NCBI GenBank assembly: GCA_964291405.2
Contig: OZ219926.1
Location: forward strand, 1,920,001-1,984,000
Length of the DNA: 64,000 bases
Direction: 5' to 3'
Source of the DNA: Thermodesulfobacteriota bacterium
Lineage (GTDB): Bacteria; Desulfobacterota; Binatia; Bin18
Within the stretch, counting starts at the first letter, position 1. Every line of letters starts with the position of its first letter. Below the pieces are notes generated by a model. The model had not been told where the DNA came from. It was given only the letters and a program-made list of their open reading frames with translations, and searched no databases. Shown here one piece after another: positions 19,675 to 30,869 of the stretch. A program made the translations under genes and the position numbers.

Positions 19675-21741
19675 ATGAGCACGTCGGCACAGCAATCACA
19701 AAGTCCCGATCTGTCACGCGTGTGGGAGCCGCTGAAGCTCGGCAATCTCACGCTGCGGAATCGGATTCTGCAACCCGCCCATAGCTCGCAGCACGGTGAC
19801 CCGCGCGACCATGTTTTCTCTGACCGACAGATCGCGTATTTTCGCGAGCGCGCCAAAGGTGGCGTTGCGCTGTGCATTACCGAAACCGTTGCGGCCGCCC
19901 GGAGTGCGCTAGGCTCGTTTTTCCATATTGTTGATGTCTGGAGCGAGAGTTGTATTCCGTCCATGAGCAAGTTGGCCGACGCCGTGCATCAGCAGGGTGC
20001 CAGCATCTTTGTCCAGCTCGCCTCAATGGGCGTCCATGATCGCGGCCGGATGTTCATCGACCGCAACAAACCCATCTGGGGCGCGTCGCGGATCCCCTCG
20101 GTCGTACACAATGAAATCCCCCTTGTGATGGGGCCTGACGAGATCGCGGAATTAACGCGTGACTTTGGGCAGTCGGCGGCAAACGTCAAGCGCGCCGGGC
20201 TTGATGGAGTCGAGTTGCACGGGGCGCATAGTTACGGCCTGGGCCAGTTTATGAGTCCGACCTATAATAAGCGCGACGACGCGTACGGCGGGACGCCGGC
20301 CAAGCGCTGTCAACTGCTCATCGAATGCGCCGAGCAAGTGCGTAAGCGGGTTGGGACTGATTTTGTAGTGGGGGTCCGGCTGTCGTGGGATGAATTCCTT
20401 GGCCCCGAAGGCGGGATTACCCCGGAGCAGGCAGAAGAACAGGTCGAGGTGCTGGCGGCGACCGGCTTGTTTGACTTCTTCAACATCTCGGCCGGGGGCT
20501 ATCACACGCTCCATCTGGCGCTGCCCAGTATGGAAGGGGACGAGCCGGATGGCTGGCTGGCGCCGTTCAGCAAACGCGCCAAAGAAATCGTTGGCGACCG
20601 TGGCAAGGTCTTTGTTGTGGGCAAGGTCCGGGATCTCCGGACGGCTGAGGCGATATTGGAAAGCGACGCGGCAGACATGGTCGCGATGGCCAGACAGCTT
20701 CTGACTGACCCCTTTACGGTGAAAAAGACGCGCGAAGGCCGCGAACACGAAATCATCCGCTGTAACCGGTGTAATGAGTGCGGCGCGCGGCTGTTTGAAC
20801 ACCGCGAACTCATCTGCACCCTGAATCCGGTCAGCGGCAGAGAAGCCTACTGGGGAGAGGGTTCACTGCAGAGCGTCTCGGAGGCAGACCAAAAGCATAT
20901 TGTAGTCATCGGTGGCGGGCCCGCCGGGATGAAAGCCGCCGCAGTTGCCGCCAAGCGCGGTCACGCGGTCACCTTGCTTGAACGCGCTGACCGGTTAGGC
21001 GGCCATTTACGTGTGCTTGAACAACTGCCGGGCCTGACCGCCTGGTCGATTGCGATCGACAACCTGGAGCGGGAGGTCGAAAATACAGGGGTCGAGGTCC
21101 AGTGTGGCGTTGAGGTCACACCCCAATCACTGCGGAATATCGAGGCATCGAGCATTGTGGTTGCAACCGGCGCCTCTTACGAACGCACCGGCGAGAGCCT
21201 CTATCGTCCTGAGCGCCAAGCCATTCCCGGAACTGATCTCTCCCACGTGCTTGATGTTGGTACGGCAACCAAGCGGGTCCTCGAAGACACCCAGGCGCTC
21301 GGCTCACGCGTGCTCATCCTGGATGAAACGGGCAGCCATTTGCCTTTTGCCCTGGCCCAGGTGCTGGCCAAAGCAGGAGTCGGGGTCGAGGTCCTCAGCC
21401 CGCGTATGTTTGCCGGCGAACGCCTCTTTCGCAACCTGGATATCATGTATATCTTCCCGAGACTAAAGAAGCTGGGCATTCGGATTACCCAGCAATATTT
21501 TGTCGAAGCGATCCGTCCTGGCGAAGTCGATGTGTATGATATCTGGGTCGGGCCGGAAGTGCTGGAAACCCGTGAGCGGATCGATAGCGTGGTGATGTCG
21601 ATTCTTCGCGCGCCAAACGATCAACTCTATGTTGCGGCCAAAGACTCTTTCCCGGAAGTCGTCAGAATCGGCGATGTGGCTGCCCCACGAGATGTGACGG
21701 CTGCCATTTTTGATGGCGAGCAATGTGGGCGCGAACTATAG
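19675..21741 (+). CDS. NADH:flavin oxidoreductase (OYE / TMADH / DCR family)
   Basis: ELHGAHSY, NKRDDAYGG, CNRCNEC Fe-S motif, GGGPAG. Confidence 0.9.
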   Translation: MSTSAQQSQSPDLSRVWEPLKLGNLTLRNRILQPAHSSQHGDPRDHVFSDRQIAYFRERAKGGVALCITETVAAARSALGSFFHIVDVWSESCIPSMSKLADAVHQQGASIFVQLASMGVHDRGRMFIDRNKPIWGASRIPSVVHNEIPLVMGPDEIAELTRDFGQSAANVKRAGLDGVELHGAHSYGLGQFMSPTYNKRDDAYGGTPAKRCQLLIECAEQVRKRVGTDFVVGVRLSWDEFLGPEGGITPEQAEEQVEVLAATGLFDFFNISAGGYHTLHLALPSMEGDEPDGWLAPFSKRAKEIVGDRGKVFVVGKVRDLRTAEAILESDAADMVAMARQLLTDPFTVKKTREGREHEIIRCNRCNECGARLFEHRELICTLNPVSGREAYWGEGSLQSVSEADQKHIVVIGGGPAGMKAAAVAAKRGHAVTLLERADRLGGHLRVLEQLPGLTAWSIAIDNLEREVENTGVEVQCGVEVTPQSLRNIEASSIVVATGASYERTGESLYRPERQAIPGTDLSHVLDVGTATKRVLEDTQALGSRVLILDETGSHLPFALAQVLAKAGVGVEVLSPRMFAGERLFRNLDIMYIFPRLKKLGIRITQQYFVEAIRPGEVDVYDIWVGPEVLETRERIDSVVMSILRAPNDQLYVAAKDSFPEVVRIGDVAAPRDVTAAIFDGEQCGREL

Positions 21742-21817
21742 GAGTCGCAGGCTTGCCAAAACGGAAGAATTCGACATCAAGCCTAAGAGAGAACCAAGAG
21801 TAAAGGAAGATTACACT

Positions 21818-23908
21818 ATGAGTCATTCGGTTACCTATACCAAAGAGGACGGCATCGGCATCATTACCGTCAACAATCCACCCGTGAACGCGCTGAGCCA
21901 GCATGTTCGCCAGGGCCTGTTGGAGAGCTTTACTGAAGCCGGTAAAGACGACACCATCGCGACGGTTCTCATTTGCGCCGGTCGGACTTTTATCGCCGGT
22001 GCGGACATTACCGAATTCGGTAAACCGCTCCAGCCGCCGAATTTTCTCGATACCATGGAGATTATTGAGAATCTCTCCAAGCCGGTCGTGGCGGCCATTC
22101 ACGGCACGGCCCTGGGCGGCGGCTTCGAAACCGCGCTATGCTGCCATTATCGCGTTGCGCTGCCCTCCGCGCGGGTTGGGCTGCCTGAGGTCACCCTCGG
22201 ATTGTTACCCGGTGGCGGCGGGACCCAGCGCCTGCCGCGTCTGATCGGTCCCGAGGCCGCCCTTGAGGTCATCACCTCAGGCGCGCCGATGCGGGCCGGC
22301 CAGGCGCAAAGTGTTGGTGTGATTGACGAAATCGTTGACGAGGGCAGTCTGCTCGACGGGGCAAAAGCCTTTGCCCGCAAGCTCGTCGCGGACGGGGCCG
22401 CACTCAAAAAAGTGCGAGACCTGAGCGACAAGGTCACTGGCGTTGACCTGGCCATCTTTGACGCCGCCCGCAAACAGGCCGGCAAGACGCGGCGCGGCTT
22501 TGAGGCACCCCAGCGCTGTATCGATTGTGTCGAGGCGGCCTGCACCCTGCCGTTTGATGAAGGTCTAGCCAAAGAGCAGGAACTCTTCCGCCAGGTCCTG
22601 ACCAGCCAGCAGTCGGCCGCTCAACGCCATATTTTCTTTGCCGAGCGGGCCGCAGCGAAAGTCGGCGACATGCCGAAAGGCACCCCGACCCGTACCATTC
22701 AAAAAGTTGGGATCGTTGGGGCCGGCACGATGGGCGGCGGCATTGCCATGAACTTTGCCAATGCGGGTATCCCGGTCACCATCCTCGAAACCGGCCAGGA
22801 ATTTCTGGACAAAGGTTTAGCAGTAGTACGCAGCAACTATGAACGCAGCGCCAAGCGAGGCCGCTTCACGCCGGAACAGGTCGAGGAGCGCATGGGGCTC
22901 ATTACGCCGACTCTGGACTCCGCGGCCCTCCGCGAGGTGGACATGGTTGTGGAAGCCGTGTTCGAGAACATGGAGGTCAAAAAGCAAGTCTTCGCTCAAT
23001 TGGATACAGCCACCAAGCCCGAGTGTATCCTGGCGACCAATACGTCTACACTCAACGTCGATGAAATTGCTTCGGTGACTACGCGCCCGGACAAGGTTAT
23101 CGGTACGCATTTCTTCAGCCCGGCCAATGTCATGCGCCTGCTCGAAATCGTCCGCGGCGACAAGACGAGCTTTGAGACCCTGGCCACGACCCAGGCGGTC
23201 GGTAAGGCCATTCAAAAAACCGGCGTGGTGGTTGGGGTGTGTGACGGCTTTGTCGGCAACCGCATGCTGCACAAATACAGCGCGCAGGCCCAGTACCTGC
23301 TGGAAGAGGGGAGCTTGCCCCAAGATGTGGATGGCGCGGTCTACGACCTGGGTCTGGCCATGGGGCCGTTTGCCATGGGCGACCTGGCCGGTCTCGATGT
23401 GGGCTGGCGCATTCGACAGGGGAAAGGCCTGCCGGACAGCCTGCCCGCAGGCGAGCGCTACTGCGCGATCCCCGACCGCATCTGTGAGCAGGGACGCTAC
23501 GGTCAAAAGACCGGCGCCGGGTATTACACCTACGCACCTGGTGATCGCACCCCCCGGCCCGACCCGGCCATTGAGGAGTTGATTGTCAACTACTCCAAAG
23601 AAAAAGGGATGACGCGGCGGCCCATCAGTCGTGAGGAAATCGTCGAGCGATTAATGTACGCCCTGGTGAACGAGGGAGCCAAGATTCTGGAAGAAGGCAT
23701 TGCCCAGCGCGCCAGCGATATCGATGTCATCTACGTCTATGGCTATGGCTTCCCGGCCTATCTTGGTGGTCCCATGTTTTACGCTGACACTATCGGTCTC
23801 AAAAAGGTGTATGAACGCGTCTGCGCCTTTGCCGAACATGACCCCTCGTCCTGGCAACCGGCGCCACTGCTCCAGAAACTGGCCGAAGAGGGCGGAACGT
23901 TTCATTAA
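21818..23908 (+). CDS. Bifunctional enoyl-CoA hydratase / 3-hydroxyacyl-CoA dehydrogenase
   Basis: [34 protein letters not shown]. Confidence 0.93.
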   Translation: MSHSVTYTKEDGIGIITVNNPPVNALSQHVRQGLLESFTEAGKDDTIATVLICAGRTFIAGADITEFGKPLQPPNFLDTMEIIENLSKPVVAAIHGTALGGGFETALCCHYRVALPSARVGLPEVTLGLLPGGGGTQRLPRLIGPEAALEVITSGAPMRAGQAQSVGVIDEIVDEGSLLDGAKAFARKLVADGAALKKVRDLSDKVTGVDLAIFDAARKQAGKTRRGFEAPQRCIDCVEAACTLPFDEGLAKEQELFRQVLTSQQSAAQRHIFFAERAAAKVGDMPKGTPTRTIQKVGIVGAGTMGGGIAMNFANAGIPVTILETGQEFLDKGLAVVRSNYERSAKRGRFTPEQVEERMGLITPTLDSAALREVDMVVEAVFENMEVKKQVFAQLDTATKPECILATNTSTLNVDEIASVTTRPDKVIGTHFFSPANVMRLLEIVRGDKTSFETLATTQAVGKAIQKTGVVVGVCDGFVGNRMLHKYSAQAQYLLEEGSLPQDVDGAVYDLGLAMGPFAMGDLAGLDVGWRIRQGKGLPDSLPAGERYCAIPDRICEQGRYGQKTGAGYYTYAPGDRTPRPDPAIEELIVNYSKEKGMTRRPISREEIVERLMYALVNEGAKILEEGIAQRASDIDVIYVYGYGFPAYLGGPMFYADTIGLKKVYERVCAFAEHDPSSWQPAPLLQKLAEEGGTFH

Positions 23909-23912
23909 AAAA

Positions 23913-23936
23913 GGGCGACGCCAGCGTCGCCCCTAC
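23913..23936. terminator. GC hairpin between convergent genes (GTAG-REP-like; U-tract on the minus strand)
   Basis: GGGCGACG-CCAG-CGTCGCCC preceded by an A run and ending in CTAC. Confidence 0.55.
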
Positions 23937-24133
23937 CGTGCCGAGGAGTTCTTCTTCTTCGACGTGGGCCAGAGCATCACGACCCAATAACACACAACGC
24001 CGAGCACTACCGTTGCCCCGAGCGGCAGGCCCAACTCCGCCGGTCCGAAGCCCCTATGGGCATAGGCCCAAGACGGCATCAGATACGGCAGTATAAGCGC
24101 CCACGCGATCAATATCAGTGTGATGCCGTGCAT
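23933..24133 (-). CDS. Small hypothetical membrane protein (66 aa)
   Basis: RBS GGGGAGG; signal-like N-terminus, second hydrophobic helix, basic tail. Confidence 0.55.
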   Translation of the reverse strand: MHGITLILIAWALILPYLMPSWAYAHRGFGPAELGLPLGATVVLGVVCYWVVMLWPTSKKKNSSAR

Positions 24134-24244
24134 ATCAGCCTCCCCGCGTACCGTTCTCTTCTCGGAGCCGTGGCTCGGATTGAACGCTTCGTGGTATTGG
24201 AGAATCGTACCTATCGATATATCTGGCAAGGAGCGTAGGGAGCA

Positions 24245-25534
24245 ATGGATCAACACCAGTTCAACCAAGCTCTGACCGAATTCTTAGCAGCATCACCAAC
24301 CCCGTTCCACGCGGTCGCCCAGATGGCCGCACGGCTGTCGAGTGCAGGCTTTGAGCGCCTGGACGAGTCCGAGGCGTGGCAGCTCGTTCCAGGGGGTCGC
24401 TATTGGCTCAGCCGTAACGACTCGTCCATTATTGCCTGGAGGATGCCGACGCGCTGTGCCTTGTCCGAGAGTGGCTTTCGCATGGTCGGCGCCCACACGG
24501 ATTCCCCATGCCTGAAGGTCAAGCCCCAGCCCGAACTGCATCGCCACGGCTATGTGCAACTCGGGGTCGAGGTGTATGGCGGCGCATTGCTCAACCCCTG
24601 GTTTGATCGTGATTTATCGATTGCCGGGCGAGTCAGCTATCTGAGTCAGCGGAACGAGGTGGCTCACGCGCTGCTCGACTTCACCCAAGCGGTAGCCGTC
24701 ATTCCCAGCCTGGCCATTCATCTCGACCGAGAGGCAAATAAGAGCCGCTCCATCAACGCCCAGACCTATCTGCCGCCCATTCTCGGCCAGACTGACGAAA
24801 AGCCGGATTTCAAAGCGCTCCTGCACAAACGGCTCGAAGCGGACGGCGTCACCGACATGCGTCAGGTATTGGACTACGAACTGTTTTTCTATGACACCCA
24901 GCCGCCGCAGCTTGTCGGCCTGGCAAACGAGTTCATCACCTCGGCCCGCCTGGACAACCTGTTGAGCTGTTTTGTCGGTCTCCAGGCCCTGACGACAAGC
25001 GCGACCGAGCACGGCGCACTGCTAGTATGTAACGATCACGAAGAGGTCGGCAGTACGTCGGCGTCCGGTGCGTGTGGACCCATGCTGAAACACATGCTGG
25101 AGCGTGTCATGCCGGATGCGGAAGAACGCGGACGCGCCCTGGCCCGCTCCATGCTGATCTCGACCGACAATGCCCACGGTGTGCACCCAAACTTTTCCGA
25201 CCGGCACGACGACAACCACGGCCCCCGCCTCAACCACGGCGTAGTCATTAAACTCAACGCCAACCAGCGCTATGCGAGCAATAGCGAGACCAGCGCCATC
25301 CTGCACAAACTGGCCGCGGACACGGATGTACCGGTCCAGGCATTTGTCGTACGCAGCGACATGGCCTGCGGCAGCACCATCGGACCACTGACCGCGGCCG
25401 AGATTGGAGTACGAACCATAGATGTCGGCGTCCCGCAGTGGGCGATGCATTCCATTCGGGAAGTCGCGGGGACCGCCGACGCGTTTCATCTGCACCGGAT
25501 ATTGCAGCGCTTTTTCGATACGGAGCGGATCTGA
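24245..25534 (+). CDS. apeB: M18 family aspartyl aminopeptidase
   Basis: SPTPFHAV, AHTDSP, RLDNL, DHEEVGS, MHSIRE. Confidence 0.93.
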   Translation: MDQHQFNQALTEFLAASPTPFHAVAQMAARLSSAGFERLDESEAWQLVPGGRYWLSRNDSSIIAWRMPTRCALSESGFRMVGAHTDSPCLKVKPQPELHRHGYVQLGVEVYGGALLNPWFDRDLSIAGRVSYLSQRNEVAHALLDFTQAVAVIPSLAIHLDREANKSRSINAQTYLPPILGQTDEKPDFKALLHKRLEADGVTDMRQVLDYELFFYDTQPPQLVGLANEFITSARLDNLLSCFVGLQALTTSATEHGALLVCNDHEEVGSTSASGACGPMLKHMLERVMPDAEERGRALARSMLISTDNAHGVHPNFSDRHDDNHGPRLNHGVVIKLNANQRYASNSETSAILHKLAADTDVPVQAFVVRSDMACGSTIGPLTAAEIGVRTIDVGVPQWAMHSIREVAGTADAFHLHRILQRFFDTERI

Positions 25535-25612
25535 GCCTAGGGACATTTTTACTTGACCATGTCCCTATGACCATAGTAATGTTTTGGGTCCCGAAAAGAG
25601 CGCGAGGAAAAT

Positions 25613-25849
25613 ATGACTGAAACAGCAAAAAACGTATCCGCTTCGTATTTCAAAGCGCATTGCCTGGCGATTCTTGACGAGGTTGCGGAGACAGGCCTGC
25701 CGCTGATTGTGACCAAACGAGGGAAACCGCTTGCGAAGCTTGTTCCGCTCGATTCCGTTGAGCCGCCAAACCTGCTTGGCAGTGTGCGCTATCGGCGCGA
25801 GGCAGACCTCCTCTCTCCGGTTGAGGAATCCTGGGAAGTCGATTCGTGA
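25613..25849 (+). CDS. Phd/YefM antitoxin
   Basis: FKAHCLAILDEV..TG..IVTKRGKP.AKLVP. Confidence 0.9.
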   Translation: MTETAKNVSASYFKAHCLAILDEVAETGLPLIVTKRGKPLAKLVPLDSVEPPNLLGSVRYRREADLLSPVEESWEVDS

Positions 25850-26235
25850 TCGTCCTCGATACCCACGCCTGGATATGGTGGGTGAGCGATCCGGCGAAGC
25901 TATCACACAAAGCCCAGGCTGCCCTGCACTATGCAACGAGCATAGGCATCTGCCCGATCAGTTGCTGGGAGATTGCCACAAAAGTGGCACAAGGCAAGTT
26001 GACGCTTGACCGAGAAACCCGGGTCTGGATGCGACAAGCCCTGGCGCGTCCGGGCGTTGCGCTGATACCGATCTCCCCCGATATTGCCATTACCGCTGGG
26101 CAATTGGGTCAACAGGGATTCCACGGAGACCCCGCTGACCGACTCATTGTAGCCAGTGCGCTTCAGCACGGCGCTGAACTCATCACAAAGGACAGAAACA
26201 TCCGAACGTTTCCGCTTGTCCGGACCGTCTGGTGA
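25846..26235 (+). CDS. VapC/PIN toxin
   Basis: LDTHAWIW, SCWEI, HGDPADRLI. Confidence 0.92.
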   Translation: MIVLDTHAWIWWVSDPAKLSHKAQAALHYATSIGICPISCWEIATKVAQGKLTLDRETRVWMRQALARPGVALIPISPDIAITAGQLGQQGFHGDPADRLIVASALQHGAELITKDRNIRTFPLVRTVW

Positions 26236-26275
26236 TCTCTCACAAACGGACGAACGGCTCGGAACCGCTCGCCCC

Positions 26276-27769
26276 CTACCCCGTCAACTCGGGAACGTGG
26301 ACGGAGGGTTTGCGATGCCGAGTGAGCTGTTCATACGCGTAGGCCAACGAAAGGAGTTCCGCCTCACGATACGGCAGGCCAACGATCTCCAAACCCACGG
26401 GTAGGCCGTTCGGGGTAAAACCCGCTGGCACGCTCACGGCCGGCATCCAGGTCTGGGCGGCGATAAGCGTATTGGTCGGAAAGTCCATCGTGGGCCATTT
26501 GTCGGCGTCAAGCTCGGCCCGTGAGGGCGAGGGCACTTGCGAGGTGGGAAAGACGAGCGCGGTTGCCCCCACCTTGGCCATGGCATTGATGACCGTCCGC
26601 TGGAACTGCTCGCGCGCGGTATAGCGTTGATGGTGCTCGGGGTCGGCGGTGGGGTCCTCGGGACCTTCGACCAGCGCGACCAGGAGATCCAGCTTGGAAT
26701 GATATTTTTTCGCCCCGATGATTTCCTTGAGGTTTTTCATCGGCAAACCGGGACGCCCGGCCAGGAAGCGGTCGATATCGTAACGCGAACGGGCGATATA
26801 GAGCGAAGACCGTTCAATATAGTACTGGAGATCGGGCAGGGTGATATCAACCAGGGTCGCACCTGCCGAGGCGAACGTCGCCAGGGCGTCTTCGATCAGA
26901 TCGTTGACCGTGGCGGCCTGCGGGTCGGCGTTGTCGCCGAAGACTTCCCGTACCACGCCGACCCGCACACCCGAGAGGGCTGTCCGGTCAAGCAGCGCCG
27001 CATACTTGGTCTCGCCCGCTATAGCGGCGGTCGCGGTATAAGGGTCGGCCGGGTCAAACCCAACCAGCACCTCAAGCAGTTTGGCGGCATCCGTGACCGT
27101 GCGACACATGGGTCCGGCAGAGTCCTGAAAGACCACCAGCGGCGACATGCCCGCCCGACTGATGAGGCCGGGCGTGACCTTGAGGCCGACCAGATTATCG
27201 AACGAGGACGGCAAGCGAATAGAGCCGCCCGTGTCCGACCCCAGACCAATAGCACCCAGGTTGGCCGCTACCGCCGCGCCGGTGCCACCGCTGGAGCCGC
27301 CCGGATCGTGCCCTAAATCATACGGGTTCTTGGTCGTGCCGGACTTGGACGAGTAGCCGAACCAGGAGGTGGCAAAGTCCGGCAGGGTGGTCTTGGCCAG
27401 AATAATCGCGCCCGCCGCCCGGAGCTTGGTAATGACCGTGGCATCCGTCTCGGGCAGATAGCCGTCCAGGGCAATCGAGCCGAAGGTGGTCATAAGCCCG
27501 GCCGTTTCAACCTGGTCCTTGACCACAATGGGAACACCGTGGAGTGGCCCGGACAATCGGCCGGAGGCGGCGAACTCAGCATCGAGCCGGGCGGCCTCGT
27601 CCCGAGCCTGCGGATTGACGGTTACGATAGAATTGATCGTCGGACCGCTCCGGTCGTAGGCCTCAATCCGCGCCAGATAGCCCTCCACGAGGCCCACGCA
27701 GGTGACCTCGCCAGTGCGTAAAACATTATGAATCTTTGCAATGGTCGTTTCTTCCAGCTTGAATGACAT
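26276..27769 (-). CDS. Amidase signature family protein
   Basis: LHGVPIVVKD, GGSSGG, GSDTGGSIR. Confidence 0.93.
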   Translation of the reverse strand: MSFKLEETTIAKIHNVLRTGEVTCVGLVEGYLARIEAYDRSGPTINSIVTVNPQARDEAARLDAEFAASGRLSGPLHGVPIVVKDQVETAGLMTTFGSIALDGYLPETDATVITKLRAAGAIILAKTTLPDFATSWFGYSSKSGTTKNPYDLGHDPGGSSGGTGAAVAANLGAIGLGSDTGGSIRLPSSFDNLVGLKVTPGLISRAGMSPLVVFQDSAGPMCRTVTDAAKLLEVLVGFDPADPYTATAAIAGETKYAALLDRTALSGVRVGVVREVFGDNADPQAATVNDLIEDALATFASAGATLVDITLPDLQYYIERSSLYIARSRYDIDRFLAGRPGLPMKNLKEIIGAKKYHSKLDLLVALVEGPEDPTADPEHHQRYTAREQFQRTVINAMAKVGATALVFPTSQVPSPSRAELDADKWPTMDFPTNTLIAAQTWMPAVSVPAGFTPNGLPVGLEIVGLPYREAELLSLAYAYEQLTRHRKPSVHVPELTG

Positions 27770-27790
27770 GGCCTGCCTCTCCTCCATCTC

Positions 27791-27832
27791 TCCCCTCCTT
27801 GGAGGGGTGGCCCGTCCGGGCCGGGGTGGGTT
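27791..27832. repeat. Half copy of the REP-like element at 3564-3653
   Basis: TCCCCTCCTTGGAGGGGTGGCC...CCGGGGTGGGTT. Confidence 0.65.
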
Positions 27833-28270
27833 TCAGTCCTCCGGTCTTTTTGCGCCATAGCACGTGTACTGTCCGGTGAGTAGGGGCAGATTTTCAATCC
27901 ACCCTCCCATAGCGACCGTCACCCCAGCTTGGGCTTCGTGACCTTCACCGCCGCCCACAACGCGACCAGAAAAAAACTCGTCAGGAAAATGAAATCCTGA
28001 GCGACGAGGGTAAAGCCCAAGAAACACTGGGATTATGAGGCACGGACAGGCCGAAAACGCACCCGCTCAGGCGGCTGATTTTGGTACACACGTATATAAT
28101 TCCCAAGCACTTCAATATGCAAACGGCCAAAAAACAACGGGAAGAAGGGCAACCTGTTGTCTATGTGAGCATCAAACGACTTGCCTTTGATAGAGCCTCT
28201 CGACTGGTCGGAACAAAGATCGAGCGCATTGAGCACGCGGCGTGGGATCAACGGAGAGAGGCTCACTGCG

Positions 28271-28828
28271 TTAGCTCTGCTCCGGTTGCTCTCTCGTGCC
28301 GTCGATCAGCACAAACGCAATCCGACACGACCGGTCCGAGCGATTGCTCCAGGCATGATTGGTACCACGCTGGACAATGACATCACCAGCTGTGACCAGC
28401 ACCTCCGAGTCGTCCAGAACCATATGGCATTCGCCCGAAAGCACAATCGCGTAATCAATCGTCTCGGTCTTGTGCATGAGTGGATGCCGTGGCTGCTCGG
28501 AGTCGTCCAGTGCCTGCTCCGCTCCGAATGAGGCGAAGCTTTCCCGGGCGGCCTTGCGGTCTATCTGATCTATCCAGTCCTTTTCCGGCGAAAACTCGAC
28601 AATCCGAAAGACCGTACCGTTGGCGGGAGGAATCAGAGCAACCGGACCCTGTGTCCGGTCGGTTGCGTCGGTCAAACTCGCGGGCGTCCCGGTTGTGGCC
28701 CACAGATTGGTGACCTCAACACCCGGCCTGTTCTTTGGGTGGAAGACTGGCGCTGAGGTGTCGGAGAGGACTGTTGCCTGCCCGTTTGTGTCGTGTCCGG
28801 TCACGATGCGTCGTGTGTTGTTCGGCAT
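28271..28828 (-). CDS. Cupin domain protein
   Basis: RRIVTGHD, MHKTETIDY, GDVIVQRGTNHAW. Confidence 0.88.
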   Translation of the reverse strand: MPNNTRRIVTGHDTNGQATVLSDTSAPVFHPKNRPGVEVTNLWATTGTPASLTDATDRTQGPVALIPPANGTVFRIVEFSPEKDWIDQIDRKAARESFASFGAEQALDDSEQPRHPLMHKTETIDYAIVLSGECHMVLDDSEVLVTAGDVIVQRGTNHAWSNRSDRSCRIAFVLIDGTREQPEQS

Positions 28829-28981
28829 GGTGGCTCCCTTCTATGATTCGAGCGCGACTCTCCGCCCACATAAGACAGCGAGAAATTGATCGATACTCTT
28901 TTCTTTGAAATGAGAGTTGGTGTAGCCTGCACCTACCTCGATAGCCCACTCCCTCAATATGACTCTGGCGGAGGAAGAGCA

Positions 28982-30025
28982 ATGCAAGGCAAAGTAATGA
29001 CCGTTCTTGGCCCAATTGAGCCCGATACTCTGGGGATTACCCTGACGCATGAGCACCTGCTCATCGATCTCCGGGTATGGTGTGAGGAGCCCGAAGAAGA
29101 GGAACAGAAGGCGTTCGTGCACGCGCCGGTCGAAATGGAAACGCTCGGCGCGATTCGCCGTGAACCATTCGGTAATCTGGATAACTGCGTCCTCGATGAC
29201 ACGGCCCTGGCTATTGAGGAGTTGCGCCGGTTTAAGACCGCCGGCGGCAGCAGCGTGGTGGACTGTACGAATAACGGCCTGGGACGCACGCCGCTGGCCT
29301 TGGCAGAAATTGCCCAGGCGACCGAGATCAATATCGTCATGGGTTCAGGCTATTATATCGGCCGTTCTCATCCCTACGACATGGTCGATCGGTCCGTTGG
29401 GATGATCGCCGATGAGATTGAATCCGATCTCATGCAGGGCGTTGCCGATACCGGGGTACGCTCCGGCCTCATCGGCGAGATCGGCACCAGCTTCAAGGTG
29501 CGCGAGAACGAACAAAAGGTCTTGCGCGCCGCCGCCCGCGCGCAGCGGCGAACCGGAGCACCGATCAGTGTCCATCTGCTGCCGTGGCAGAAAAACGGAG
29601 TCGAAGTCCTCGATATTCTTGAAGGCGAAGGCGCAAATCCGCATCAGGTCATATTATGTCATCTCAGCCCCACCAGTGATGACCTGGAATATCATACCAC
29701 TCTGGCCAAACGCGGCGCTTACGTCGAGTATGACTTCTTCGGCATGGAATTCTACGTGGACAGTGTTGGCCGCTATACGGGCTCGGACGCCGGGAGTGTC
29801 ACCGCGCTGAAACGCCTGATCGACGCAGGCTGCTTGGAGCGGCTGCTCCTGTCCCACGATATTGCGATGAAGGTCCAACTCACCCGTTACGGCGGCTGGG
29901 GCTACGCTCACCTGGTCAAGAACGTGGTGCCCATGCTGAGTCGCAGCGGACTCAGCGCCGAACAGATCGATACTTTGATCGTGGCGAACCCTCGGCGCGT
30001 GCTGACCTGGAGCGCGCCGGTGTAG
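28982..30025 (+). CDS. Phosphotriesterase-related protein
   Basis: TLTHEHL, GEIG, LLSHD, NPRRVL. Confidence 0.92.
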   Translation: MQGKVMTVLGPIEPDTLGITLTHEHLLIDLRVWCEEPEEEEQKAFVHAPVEMETLGAIRREPFGNLDNCVLDDTALAIEELRRFKTAGGSSVVDCTNNGLGRTPLALAEIAQATEINIVMGSGYYIGRSHPYDMVDRSVGMIADEIESDLMQGVADTGVRSGLIGEIGTSFKVRENEQKVLRAAARAQRRTGAPISVHLLPWQKNGVEVLDILEGEGANPHQVILCHLSPTSDDLEYHTTLAKRGAYVEYDFFGMEFYVDSVGRYTGSDAGSVTALKRLIDAGCLERLLLSHDIAMKVQLTRYGGWGYAHLVKNVVPMLSRSGLSAEQIDTLIVANPRRVLTWSAPV

Positions 30026-30086
30026 ATAGACATCTCTCAGACAACTCACCTGTTCTTCCAGTTCTTCCCTCCACAAGATAAGTTTT

Positions 30087-30105
30087 ATAGCTATAATGTA
30101 GCTAT
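30087..30105 (+). promoter_or_regulatory. Palindromic operator overlapping the -10 box (TATAAT) and start of brnT; probably a leaderless transcript
   Basis: ATAGCTA-TAATG-TAGCTAT; TATAAT lies 6 nt before the ATG at 30104. Confidence 0.6.
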
Positions 30106-30475
30106 GCAGCTTGCTGACGACCCTGACATGGCGGCGTGGCTTTTCCAGTTTGGAGGACAACCGGACGAGTTTGATTGGGACGCTGGTAATCTCACCAAAC
30201 ATCGTAAACATCAGGTCGAGCCTGACGATGTGGAATCCTTATTTCATTATCCATACATATTTGCGGGCCGGATCACTGAACCTGAGCATGATGAGGCCCG
30301 TTGGCTTGTCCTGGGACAAAATCGACAGGAACGGCGGTTGACGTTGATATTCACTCAACGCGGCAGGAAGCTCCGACCCATCAGTTGTCGTGCAATGCGG
30401 AAAAACGAAAGGAAACTCTATGAAGAAATCTTCCAAGAGCCGGACACCCCGCCAGCGGCAGGACGCACAACTTGA
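30104..30475 (+). CDS. BrnT family toxin
   Basis: FDWDAGN..KH, E.RW..LG, LRPISCR.M. Confidence 0.85.
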   Translation: MQLADDPDMAAWLFQFGGQPDEFDWDAGNLTKHRKHQVEPDDVESLFHYPYIFAGRITEPEHDEARWLVLGQNRQERRLTLIFTQRGRKLRPISCRAMRKNERKLYEEIFQEPDTPPAAGRTT

Positions 30476-30677
30476 GGAATTTGAAACTCAGGATCTGGGT
30501 AAAGACATTCGGACTTCTGGCGTGAGACCGGTTATAGTCCAGCCAAAAACCCGACCGACCTCAATTCTGCTTGATGTGGAGCTTATTCAGCAGCTCCGTG
30601 TCAAGGCAGCCAAGCGAGGGATCGGCTATCAGACCATGTTGAAGATGATCGTGCGGGAACATCTTCACGAATATTGA
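30420..30677 (+). CDS. BrnA/CopG-type antitoxin
   Basis: TSILL...LRVKAAKRGIGYQTMLK ribbon-helix-helix motif. Confidence 0.85.
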   Translation: MKKSSKSRTPRQRQDAQLEEFETQDLGKDIRTSGVRPVIVQPKTRPTSILLDVELIQQLRVKAAKRGIGYQTMLKMIVREHLHEY

Positions 30678-30869
30678 GGCAAAGAGTCGTCGTCTGATTT
30701 CCTCGTGGGCTATGCTCATCTCAAGCCGCGGCGTCAGTAAGCTCCTGCGAGAACATCTTGCACTGTCATTCCGCCCAGTCCTATACTTCCCGTACCTAAT
30801 TAGCCGGTTCGTTTCTTTGATGACGTTCTGAGTCATACACAACCCGCCTTTCATGAAAGGAGGCCCTAC

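Noticed and set aside
27833-28266. Two short minus-strand ORFs
   Set aside because: No recognisable motifs; the AT-rich segment is more likely the amidase promoter region
30707-30725. Possible duplication of phosphotriesterase sequence (GGGCTAyGCTCAyCT) flanking brnTA
   Set aside because: Only about 13/15 nt match and it is not at the gene terminus, so it could be chance
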